A DNA stretch of 64,000 bases. It comes from Bacteroidota bacterium. GTDB lineage: Bacteria; Bacteroidota; Ignavibacteria; UBA10030. The translations under genes were made by a program, and so were the position numbers. The DNA lies in assembly GCA_040901865.1 (NCBI GenBank), contig JBBDYD010000191.1:3242-67241 (forward strand), read 5' to 3'. Every line of letters starts with the position of its first letter. Position 1 is the first letter of the stretch. Of the stretch, positions 16,962 to 25,469 are shown one piece after another. Below the pieces are notes generated by a model. The model did no database searches. It was not told where the DNA came from and worked only from the letters and a program-made list of their open reading frames with translations.

Positions 16962-18905
16962 TCACGTATTGACCTCGCGTTCCATTTTCTGTAATTGGTC
17001 GGTGATGGATGTCCATTCGGCATAGCTGGCTTCGAGGTCCGACTGCAATGCTTTGTGCTCCACGAGAGCGTTCTTCGATTCCTCTCCGCGTTTGTAAAAT
17101 TCGGGATCGGCAAGCAGGATTTCAAGCTCCCGTTTTTTTGTTTCGCGTTGTTGAATTTCCTTCTCGAGTTTTTGCAGACGCTGACGAAGCGGCTTAAGTG
17201 TGTTTGACCGCTGTTGGCGCTTTCCGGCCTCAACCCTTCTTCGTTCCTTCTCATTCACCGTGGTCACACGTTTGACCTGGGCATTCGATATGCCGGCCCG
17301 TTCCTCTTTCTTTTTTGTCAGATATTCTGTCACCGTACCGAGATAGGTCTTGACACCCGTCCTGGATACTTCAAGGACTTTGTTGACGATGGGATCGAGG
17401 AAGGACCGGTCATGCGATACAATGGCGTAGGTCCCTTCATACCGCCTGAGTGCGTCCTGGAGCACCGCCTTCGACCGCATGTCGAGGTGGTTGGTGGGCT
17501 CGTCCATGATAAGGAAATTGGCCGGCTGGAGGAGCATCTTCGCAAGAGCCAGACGGCTCTTTTCGCCACCGGATAAGACGGAGACTCTTTTAAAGACATC
17601 ATCACCGTGAAAGAGGAACGACCCCAGGATGGCGCGCAGTTTCTTTCGCACCTCGCCTGACGCTACCTCATCCACCACCGCCAGTACTTCTTTTGAATGA
17701 TCCAGTTCTTCCGCCTGGTGTTGGGCAAAATAGGACAGGGTGACGTTGTGTCCCGGAACGCGTTCCCCGGAATCGAACGGCTCCGCACCGGCAAGGATTC
17801 TCGAAAGCGTTGATTTCCCCGCGCCGTTCGGTCCCACGATCGCGATTCGGTCCCCGCGCTCAATCTTGTAATCCAAATCTCCAAAAACCCGCTGTGTTCC
17901 GTAGTGTTTGGTAATCTTCTTCAGTTCCATCACCACCCGGCCGCTGGGTTGAGGCTGAGGAAATCGAAAGTGAATTCCTTCTTCTTCCGATTCGATCTCG
18001 ATCAGGTCCATTTTCTCGAGCTGTTTGATGCGGCTCTGTACTTGGCTCGCCTTTGAGGCTTTATATCGGAATCGGTCAATGAATTCCTGTGTTTGCTTCA
18101 ATTTGTCCTGCTGGTTTTTGTAGGCGTTTAACACCAGGGACTTTCGGATTTCCTTCTCCTTTTCATAAAACGAATAATTTCCCGCATACTCTTCGAGAGT
18201 ACCGGAACCGAGTGCCAGAGTTTTTGCCGTGAGACTGTCCAAAAAAGCGCGGTCGTGCGAAACGAGGATGATCGCTCCGTTATAGGAACGAAGGTACTCC
18301 TCAAGCCATTGCAATGAGTCAATGTCGAGATGGTTCGTCGGTTCGTCGAGTAACAGGAGGGATGGCTCTTGCAGGAGCAGCTTTGCGAGCGCGATGCGCA
18401 TTTGCCATCCGCCGCTGAACTCCTCTGTACGCCTCTGCATATCGCTCATAAAAAACCCAAGACCCATAAGCACGCGCTCGATCTTGGATTTCATTCGGAA
18501 TGCATCGAGGTCCTCGAGCTTGTGCTGCAGCTCTCCCATAACCTCAAGTGTATCCGCATATTCCGGGGCTTGCGGATCGAGGATCGCCAGCGTCTGTTGG
18601 GCTTCATCAAGCTCCCGTTGAATAGTCACGATGTCCTCGAAAGCGGATTCGACCTCGAGGTACAATGAGGTTCCACGGGAGGTGATGCCGTCCTGCGGGA
18701 GATAGCCAACGGTGACGTAGTTGGCTTTGCTCACTCTCCCCTGATCGGGATTTACCGAGCCCGTGAGAATTCCCAGCAGGGTGGATTTTCCGGCCCCATT
18801 GGAACCAACAAGCCCGATGCGATCGTGCGGATTAATGAGAAACGAAACGCCGTCCAGTAAGACCCGGCTTCCGTACTGTAGGGTTATTTGTTCAAGGGCA
18901 AGCAT
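16962..18905 (-). CDS. ABC-F family ATPase with two ABC cassettes and a C-terminal coiled coil
   Basis: 647 aa. Walker A twice (GSNGAGKST and GPNGAGKST), signatures FSGGWQMR and LSGGEKSRL, and a Lys/Glu-rich coiled-coil tail. No TM domain. Confidence 0.93.
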   Translation of the reverse strand: MLALEQITLQYGSRVLLDGVSFLINPHDRIGLVGSNGAGKSTLLGILTGSVNPDQGRVSKANYVTVGYLPQDGITSRGTSLYLEVESAFEDIVTIQRELDEAQQTLAILDPQAPEYADTLEVMGELQHKLEDLDAFRMKSKIERVLMGLGFFMSDMQRRTEEFSGGWQMRIALAKLLLQEPSLLLLDEPTNHLDIDSLQWLEEYLRSYNGAIILVSHDRAFLDSLTAKTLALGSGTLEEYAGNYSFYEKEKEIRKSLVLNAYKNQQDKLKQTQEFIDRFRYKASKASQVQSRIKQLEKMDLIEIESEEEGIHFRFPQPQPSGRVVMELKKITKHYGTQRVFGDLDYKIERGDRIAIVGPNGAGKSTLSRILAGAEPFDSGERVPGHNVTLSYFAQHQAEELDHSKEVLAVVDEVASGEVRKKLRAILGSFLFHGDDVFKRVSVLSGGEKSRLALAKMLLQPANFLIMDEPTNHLDMRSKAVLQDALRRYEGTYAIVSHDRSFLDPIVNKVLEVSRTGVKTYLGTVTEYLTKKKEERAGISNAQVKRVTTVNEKERRRVEAGKRQQRSNTLKPLRQRLQKLEKEIQQRETKKRELEILLADPEFYKRGEESKNALVEHKALQSDLEASYAEWTSITDQLQKMEREVNT

Positions 18906-19003
18906 AAGCTTAAAATCAATTCAAGAGAACAAAATATACGCAATCTTTGTGGGAAATCCGGTACCCGTTTCCCCGTACCGAAGATTTTACTACATTGGGA
19001 TCC

Positions 19004-19753
19004 GTGGAACTCACCCATGTCCTCCTCCTGTTTGCTGTCGGTGTGGTCTCGGCGTTTCTCAATGTCATGGCGGGAGGCGGATCAGCCATCGCCCTCCCCG
19101 CGCTGATTTTCATGGGGCTCGACAGTGCACTGGCAAACGGCACCAATCGGGTAGCAATTCTCATCCAGAATATTTTTGCCGTCACGTCATTTCGACGGCA
19201 GGACGTTCATGCCTTTCGGCAAAGCATGCGATTGACCCTGTGGGCGTTGCCGGGAGCCATTGCGGGAGCCGTGCTGGGAGTGACTGTCAGTGATGAATTG
19301 TTTCAGCGGATTCTTGGCGTTGTCATGATCGCAACGGTGATAACGATTCTTGTGCCGCAGAAACGCGTTGTTGAAATGAATGAGCAGGCCAGGCTGCGAC
19401 GGGAGCGCTGGATCTACCCGATGATGTTTGGAATTGGAATCTACGGCGGGTTCATTCAGGTGAGCGTGGGATTTCTTTTCATGGCGGCTTTGTACCATGT
19501 ATTACGCATGGACCTCGTGAGGGTCAATATGCACAAGGTGACCATTGTGATGATCTATACGGTGCCGGCTTTGGGTATCTATGCGTGGACCGGTAATGTT
19601 GCCTGGATCCCCGGGTTGATTCTAGGGGCCGGGAGCGCTGTTGGAGGATGGTGGGCCGCAAGTGTATCGGTCCGGAGGGGCGAGTCGGGCATTCGCATCG
19701 TTCTGGGAATTGCCATGCTTGTCATGGCAGCGAAGCTCCTGGGCCTGTTTTAG
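19004..19753 (+). CDS. TauE/SafE (TSUP) family anion permease, second copy
   Basis: The ORF is open from GTG 18947. GTG 19004 (MELTHVLLLFAVGVVSAFLNVMAGGGS) gives the family-typical short N-terminus. Polytopic. Confidence 0.8.
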   Translation: MELTHVLLLFAVGVVSAFLNVMAGGGSAIALPALIFMGLDSALANGTNRVAILIQNIFAVTSFRRQDVHAFRQSMRLTLWALPGAIAGAVLGVTVSDELFQRILGVVMIATVITILVPQKRVVEMNEQARLRRERWIYPMMFGIGIYGGFIQVSVGFLFMAALYHVLRMDLVRVNMHKVTIVMIYTVPALGIYAWTGNVAWIPGLILGAGSAVGGWWAASVSVRRGESGIRIVLGIAMLVMAAKLLGLF

Positions 19754-19884
19754 GAGTAGGATCCGAAACTATTAATCTTCAATTGTCGTAAACCGGACGA
19801 TATCCGGGACAGGCTCGCGTCTTCCCGCCGTTATCCAATTATCCGGTTTTACATTTTCCATTTTCACATTTCCATGGAGGAGGT

Positions 19885-21240
19885 ATGCAATTCACGCGCT
19901 CGTTGTTCTTTACCCTGCTCTTTGTCCCGTTCGTTCTCCTGGGGCAAGGGAGCAGTTTCAGAGTTCCTGTCGAGTACCGAAAACTCGGGAATGGACTCAA
20001 GGTGGTCCTTTCGCAGGACAAGACCGCCCCGACGGTTGTCGTGGCCGTCTATTACAACATCGGATTCCGGATTGAACCGAGGGACCGTACGGGATTTGCC
20101 CATTTATTTGAGCACATGATGTTCCAGGGTTCGCAGAACCTGGGAAAGATGGAGTTCATTCGTCTTGTTCAGCGGAACGGCGGCGTTCTCAACGGATCCA
20201 CAACATTCGATTTTACAAACTACTTTGAAATTCTTCCCTCCCATAAACTCGAGACGGCTTTGTGGGCCGAGGCGGACCGGATGCGCGGACTTGCAATCAC
20301 GCAGGAGAACCTCACGAATCAACAGGGCGTTGTGAAGAATGAGGTGAAGGTCAACGTGCTTAATCAGCCGTACGGCGGCTTCCCCTGGCTCGATATGCCG
20401 CAGTACGCCAACGAGAATTGGTACAACGCGCACAACTTCTATGGCGAGTTGGAGGACCTTGACGCGGCGACTCTGAACGACGTCAAAGACTTTTTCAACA
20501 CGTTCTACGCTCCGAACAACGCTGTCGTGGTTGTTGTCGGAGATTTTGAATTTGCCGAGGGACTTGCCATGATCGAGAAGTATTTCGGCGATATCCCCGC
20601 GCAGAATCAGCCGTCCAAACCGGATATTCGCGAGCAGCGCCAGGAGAAGGAAAAGATATTCACCAAAAAAGACACGTTGGCCCATCGGCCGGCTCTTGCG
20701 TTTGCGTACCACATGCCCTCTCGAAACACGCTCGAGTACTATGCCATGGGGCTCCTTGATCAGATCTTGTTGCAGGGAGACGACAGCAAGCTCATGCAGG
20801 CGCTTGCGAAGAAAAAAGGCTATACCGATAACGTCAACGGCGGGATCAACCTCCTTGGGAACATGTTCAACTACAACGGGCCGATGCTCTGGATGGCGTC
20901 TCTTATCCACGACCCTGCTTCGAAGCCAGACGACATCATGAAAACGGTGGATGAGGTCATCGAGGACGCCAGAACAAAGCCGGTAGACAAGGCAACACTC
21001 GACCGGGCGGTTGTCAAACTCCGGTCCGACTTGTACGACAACATGGGCGGTTTCTTCGGATTTGGCCGGGCAGACCTGCTGGCGAGCTTTGCCTTGTTTG
21101 ACGATAACCCTGCGAGAATCAACACGCTGGAAGACGAATTCAAAAAAGTCACGCCTGAATTGATCTTGAAAACCGCGCAAGAGTATCTCAGGCCGGCCAA
21201 CAGGACAGTCCTTATTCTTGAGCACAAAACCGGGTCTTAA
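19885..21240 (+). CDS. M16 (pitrilysin/insulinase) family zinc peptidase, catalytic subunit
   Basis: 451 aa with a signal peptide and the inverted zinc motif HLFEH (GFAHLFEHMMFQGS). GGAGGAGG RBS upstream. Confidence 0.92.
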   Translation: MQFTRSLFFTLLFVPFVLLGQGSSFRVPVEYRKLGNGLKVVLSQDKTAPTVVVAVYYNIGFRIEPRDRTGFAHLFEHMMFQGSQNLGKMEFIRLVQRNGGVLNGSTTFDFTNYFEILPSHKLETALWAEADRMRGLAITQENLTNQQGVVKNEVKVNVLNQPYGGFPWLDMPQYANENWYNAHNFYGELEDLDAATLNDVKDFFNTFYAPNNAVVVVVGDFEFAEGLAMIEKYFGDIPAQNQPSKPDIREQRQEKEKIFTKKDTLAHRPALAFAYHMPSRNTLEYYAMGLLDQILLQGDDSKLMQALAKKKGYTDNVNGGINLLGNMFNYNGPMLWMASLIHDPASKPDDIMKTVDEVIEDARTKPVDKATLDRAVVKLRSDLYDNMGGFFGFGRADLLASFALFDDNPARINTLEDEFKKVTPELILKTAQEYLRPANRTVLILEHKTGS

Positions 21241-21254
21241 CAGGAGCATAAACC

Positions 21255-22652
21255 ATGAAACGCAATCAATTTTTTCTCACTCTACTCTCTTTGCTATTCC
21301 TTGTCCCGGGGCTGGTCGCACAAAAACAGCTGCCTCCGGAAGGCGGAAAGCCGAAGGATTTCAATCTTCCGCACAAACACACGTTCACGCTTGAGAACGG
21401 CCTAAACGTTACCATGGTGCCGTATGGATCTCTTCCGAAGGTTACCGTTTCCGTGATCATTCGTTCCGGAAATCTGAACGAGCAATCAAACGAGGTCTGG
21501 CTTGCAGATATTACCGGGGACATGATGAAGGAAGGCACTACCACGCGGTCTGCCCAACAAATTGCTGAGGAGGCTGCTGCGATGGGTGGAATGGTGAATA
21601 TTAGTACCGGACTTGATCAAACCACGGTGAACGGCGATGTGCTTTCAGAATTTGGACCGAAGCTTGTGGACCTTGCGGCTGACATTGTTCGAAATCCGAA
21701 GCTTCCTGAATCGGAGATTGCCCGCATCAAGGCCGACCTCATCCGTCAACTGACGGTGGCAAAGTCTTCTCCGCAGCAGCAAACGCTTGAGCAATTTCTC
21801 CGGATCATGTATGGCGACCACGCCTACGGCCGGACCTTTCCGACCCAGCCCATGCTCGAGGGTTATACGCTTGCCCAGGTGAAGGATTTCTACAAAAGGA
21901 ACTTCGGTGCAAAGAGAACCAGCATCTATGTGGCCGGTGCATTTGATGTCAAGGCAATGGAAAAAGCCATCCGGGATGGATTCGGCGGCTGGCAAAAAGG
22001 CCCCGAGCCACTGATCGATATTCCCCAGCCGTCCGCGAAAAAAGCCTTCCACCTCATCGACCGGCCCGGCGCACCTCAATCGACCATTTATATGGGGTTA
22101 CCGGTCGCTAATCCGTCCGACAAGGACTACGTTCCCCTTCTCGTGACAAATGCGCTTCTCGGAGGGTCGTTCGGCTCAAGAATCACGAGCAACATCCGTG
22201 AACAGAAAGGATATACGTATTCTCCGCGCAGCACGATTTCGAGCCGTTATCGTGATGCCTATTGGGCAGAAATAGCCGATGTGACCACGGACGTCACGGG
22301 CCCGGCCCTTCAGGAAATCTACAAGGAAATCGACCGCCTTCAGAATGAACCTCCTCCGCAAGAAGAACTACGCGGAATTCAGAACTATCTTTCCGGCACG
22401 TTCGTTCTTCAGAATTCCAGTCGGGGCGGTATCATCGGTCAGCTCAACTTCCTGAATCTCCACGGGCTCAAAGAAGACTATCTGACAAGTTATGTTCAGA
22501 ACGTGCATTCCGTAACACCGGAAAAGGTCTCAGAGATCACGAAAAAACACATCCGGGAAGAGGATATGACGCTCGTGATTACCGGTGACAAGAAGAAGAT
22601 AGAGGCCCAGATCCAGGAATATGCGAAGCCAGCGCCGGAAATAAAGAAATAG
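21255..22652 (+). CDS. M16 family peptidase-like protein lacking the HxxEH motif (non-catalytic partner)
   Basis: 465 aa with a signal peptide and an M16 fold-like sequence. The corresponding position reads ADITGDMMKEGT, with no zinc motif. Confidence 0.85.
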   Translation: MKRNQFFLTLLSLLFLVPGLVAQKQLPPEGGKPKDFNLPHKHTFTLENGLNVTMVPYGSLPKVTVSVIIRSGNLNEQSNEVWLADITGDMMKEGTTTRSAQQIAEEAAAMGGMVNISTGLDQTTVNGDVLSEFGPKLVDLAADIVRNPKLPESEIARIKADLIRQLTVAKSSPQQQTLEQFLRIMYGDHAYGRTFPTQPMLEGYTLAQVKDFYKRNFGAKRTSIYVAGAFDVKAMEKAIRDGFGGWQKGPEPLIDIPQPSAKKAFHLIDRPGAPQSTIYMGLPVANPSDKDYVPLLVTNALLGGSFGSRITSNIREQKGYTYSPRSTISSRYRDAYWAEIADVTTDVTGPALQEIYKEIDRLQNEPPPQEELRGIQNYLSGTFVLQNSSRGGIIGQLNFLNLHGLKEDYLTSYVQNVHSVTPEKVSEITKKHIREEDMTLVITGDKKKIEAQIQEYAKPAPEIKK

Positions 22653-22654
22653 AG

Positions 22655-22745
22655 GTTCCGTTACCCCCCCAAAGAGATTCCCGGAATCTTCCTTGCTTTA
22701 AACAAGTGAAGATTCCGGGAATCTTCACTTGTGGGGTAACGGAAC
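22655..22745 (+). terminator. 91-nt compound hairpin immediately after the M16 pair (possible terminator or structured RNA)
   Basis: Outer 13-bp stem pairs 22655-22667 with 22733-22745. Inner 16-bp perfect stem pairs 22676-22691 with 22708-22723, extended by 4 bp (22692-22695 with 22703-22706). 7-nt loop. No adjacent U-tract; the T7 run lies 40 nt downstream. Confidence 0.5.
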
Positions 22746-22832
22746 GCATGCGCAGTCACCATTGGATTCCCTCTGTTTTTTTCTTACACTTTCATACCGC
22801 AACATTCAAATTCATGCCATAACAGGTGACCC

Positions 22833-24977
22833 ATGAAACGGATCCTTACCATTTTCTCGATTATGATCGCCCTCACAGCTTCAATCCTCGTCGGCCGGTT
22901 TGATCTCGCCGCGGATGAGGGGATGTACCCCATCAGCGAGATTCACAAAATGAATCTCAAAAAGCTGGGATTTGCCATCGATGCAAAAACGCTCTACAAC
23001 CCGAACGGCGTCAGCCTCATTGACGCCATTGTCAATGTCGGTGGCTGTACGGGCTCCTTTGTTTCCGGTGAGGGGCTTGTCATCACCAATCACCATTGCG
23101 TGTTCGGAGCGGTGAGCAACGCCAGTACAAAAGAGCAGGATTACGTCACCGCAGGATTCCTGGCGGCAGACCGTTCAAAAGAAATGCCTGCCAGAGGCAT
23201 GACCATCAGGATTACAGAATCGTATCGCGACGTTTCGAAGGAAGTTCTGAGCGTTGTCGACAATCAAATGTCGGCAGTTGACAGGACCAAAGCAATTCAG
23301 AAGAGAATGCGCGAATTGGAGCAGGAAACCGAAAAGGCAAACCCGGGCAAGCAGGCGAGTGTTTCAGAAATGTTTGCCGGCCGAACGTATGTTTTGTTCC
23401 AATACGCCCAAATACGAGACGTGAGGCTGGTCTATGTCCCCCAGCGATCCATCGGGGAATTTGGAGGCGAGGACGATAATTGGGTCTGGCCGCGCCATAC
23501 AGGCGATTTTTCGTTTGTGAGGGCCTATGTTGCCGCCGACGGATCTCCTGCCGAGCATTCCACCGAGAACGTCCCGTATAAACCAAGGAAGTTTCTAAAG
23601 GTCAATCCGAACGGCGCCGATGAAAACGACTTTGTGTTCATCCTGGGATACCCCGGCAGAACATTCAGGCATCAACCATCCGGTTTCCTTCGGTACGATG
23701 AGGAAGTCCGCCTGGGCATGATTGCGGATTTTTACGAGTGGCAGATCCGGTTGCTGGAGCAGATGGGCAAAGAAGACCGCTCCGTTGCCTTGAAATTCGA
23801 TTCGAGGATCAAAGGCATGGCCAACGTCATGAAGAACTACCGTGGTAAACTCAAGGGGCTTGCAAGAATGCAACTGGTCCGGAAAAAAATTGAAGAGGAA
23901 CAGGGGCTGCAGAATTTCATTGGCCAGAACGAGGTTCGGCGAAATTTATACGGATCGACATTGACACATCTGAACGCGGTCTATGCTGAGATGACGGAAA
24001 ACGCCGGAAAGGAGATCCTTCTCGACCTGTTCAACACAACCCCTACATTACTTTCCCGTGCAGCGGCCCTTTACGAAGCCGCTCTTGAGAGGCAGAAACC
24101 CGATGCAGAACGCGGGTCCGCCTACACGGACAAGAATTTTGAGCGATTCCAACAGAATTTTCATCGCTCTCTCGCCTCATACCATGAACCGGCCGATAAG
24201 GCCGTATTGACAGAACTGTTGAGTCGGGCATCTCTGCTTCAGGGCACATCACGCGTCACAGAACTCGACTCCTGGTCGGGTATCGCGACTGAGCAGATGT
24301 ACCAATCAACGGTCCTCAAGGACGAGAAAAAACTGCAGGAATTATTGAAGGCATCCCCCGACGAACTGAAGAACCTGAACGATCCGTTTATGAACCTCGC
24401 AATTGCCCTGAGGCCGGCTCAGCAGGCACTTCGGGAAACACGCCAACGCCGAACGGGGGTCATCAATAAAGAATATCCTCTGTATGTTGAGGTCAAGGAA
24501 CAGTTCCAGAAGGCCACATTTATTCCCGACGCCAACAGCACCTTGCGTCTGACATTCGGTAGAATCAAAGGCTATTCACCTGCGGACGCGATGTACTACA
24601 GTCCGATTTCCACGTTGACTGGGGTAGTGCAGAAAACGACAGGCATACCGCCTTTCTACGACACACCCCAGAAGCTTCTTGACCAGGCGAAGGCGAAAAA
24701 CTACGGCAAGTATGCACACAAGAAGCTGAAGGATGTACCTGTGGGAATTCTTTATAATACAGACACAACCGGGGGCAACTCCGGCAGTCCGGTCATGAAT
24801 GCCCGCGGAGAACTCGTTGGTGTGAATTTCGACCGTGCGTACGAAGCGACGATTAATGATTATGCCTGGAGCGAAGCCTATAGCCGATCCATCGCAGTCG
24901 ACATCCGCTATGTTTTGTGGGTGACAAGATATGTCGGCGAAGCCAATCATATTCTGAACGAGATGAAAGTGGAATGA
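22833..24977 (+). CDS. S46 family dipeptidyl-peptidase (DPP7/DPP11-like)
   Basis: 714 aa with a signal peptide. GGCTGSFVSGEGLVITNHHC (catalytic His region) and TTGGNSGSPV (catalytic Ser). Confidence 0.92.
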   Translation: MKRILTIFSIMIALTASILVGRFDLAADEGMYPISEIHKMNLKKLGFAIDAKTLYNPNGVSLIDAIVNVGGCTGSFVSGEGLVITNHHCVFGAVSNASTKEQDYVTAGFLAADRSKEMPARGMTIRITESYRDVSKEVLSVVDNQMSAVDRTKAIQKRMRELEQETEKANPGKQASVSEMFAGRTYVLFQYAQIRDVRLVYVPQRSIGEFGGEDDNWVWPRHTGDFSFVRAYVAADGSPAEHSTENVPYKPRKFLKVNPNGADENDFVFILGYPGRTFRHQPSGFLRYDEEVRLGMIADFYEWQIRLLEQMGKEDRSVALKFDSRIKGMANVMKNYRGKLKGLARMQLVRKKIEEEQGLQNFIGQNEVRRNLYGSTLTHLNAVYAEMTENAGKEILLDLFNTTPTLLSRAAALYEAALERQKPDAERGSAYTDKNFERFQQNFHRSLASYHEPADKAVLTELLSRASLLQGTSRVTELDSWSGIATEQMYQSTVLKDEKKLQELLKASPDELKNLNDPFMNLAIALRPAQQALRETRQRRTGVINKEYPLYVEVKEQFQKATFIPDANSTLRLTFGRIKGYSPADAMYYSPISTLTGVVQKTTGIPPFYDTPQKLLDQAKAKNYGKYAHKKLKDVPVGILYNTDTTGGNSGSPVMNARGELVGVNFDRAYEATINDYAWSEAYSRSIAVDIRYVLWVTRYVGEANHILNEMKVE

Positions 24978-24980
24978 CGA

Positions 24981-25015
24981 ATTGCGCAATGCGGATTGCG
25001 AATTGCGGAATTGTC
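24981..25015. repeat. Tandem degenerate heptanucleotide array (A[AT]TGCGN) x5
   Basis: ATTGCGC AATGCGG ATTGCGA ATTGCGG AATTGTC, with strict 7-nt periodicity. Fills the gap between the S46 stop and the ATG at 25020. Confidence 0.6.
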
Positions 25016-25019
25016 CTCG

Positions 25020-25466
25020 ATGACTGAACCGAGAGTTGCGGAACTTCATTCACGGAAGATAACCCCTGAGCTCTATCACGAGATCAGGCGGTTGTGGCAG
25101 GCTCATTCCATTGCAGAGGATAAACGCGATATACCCGGCCTTCTTTCAACGCTGACTGACGACTGCGTGTACGAGCTCGTTCAAACAGGACACCGGTGGC
25201 CCGGGCATGAAGGGGCGAGACATTTTTATACGGAGATGCTTGCCGCATTTCCGGATATCCATTTCGACTTGCAGAATATCGTTATCGGGCCGCAGGGAGT
25301 TTTTGAGGAGGCCCGGGTAACGGGGACCCACATCGGAGCCTGGCTGAATTTTCCTCCGCCTTCAGGGAAAATCGTCCACTTCGATGTTCTCATCCTCTTT
25401 CCGTGGGATCCCGAACAAAGGAAATTCAAAGGCGAACGAGTTTGGTTTCAAATGGCCCACCATTGA
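25020..25466 (+). CDS. SnoaL-like/ester-cyclase (NTF2-fold) protein
   Basis: About 148 aa from ATG 25020; the ORF is open from 24996 but that stretch is the heptad array. Typical DDCVYE...GHEGARHFYTEMLAAFPDIHF...V.GTH.G. Confidence 0.7.
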   Translation: MTEPRVAELHSRKITPELYHEIRRLWQAHSIAEDKRDIPGLLSTLTDDCVYELVQTGHRWPGHEGARHFYTEMLAAFPDIHFDLQNIVIGPQGVFEEARVTGTHIGAWLNFPPPSGKIVHFDVLILFPWDPEQRKFKGERVWFQMAHH

Positions 25467-25469
25467 CGC

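Noticed and set aside
20104-21249. 381-aa ORF on the minus strand
   Set aside because: It lies fully antisense to the M16 peptidase gene, which has a clear HLFEH motif. Its composition is Arg/Val/His-rich and shadow-like, and no family signal is visible.
24981-25015. Possibility that the short tandem repeats are a CRISPR array
   Set aside because: The period is 7 nt with no spacers, the total length is under 40 nt, and no cas genes lie in the window.
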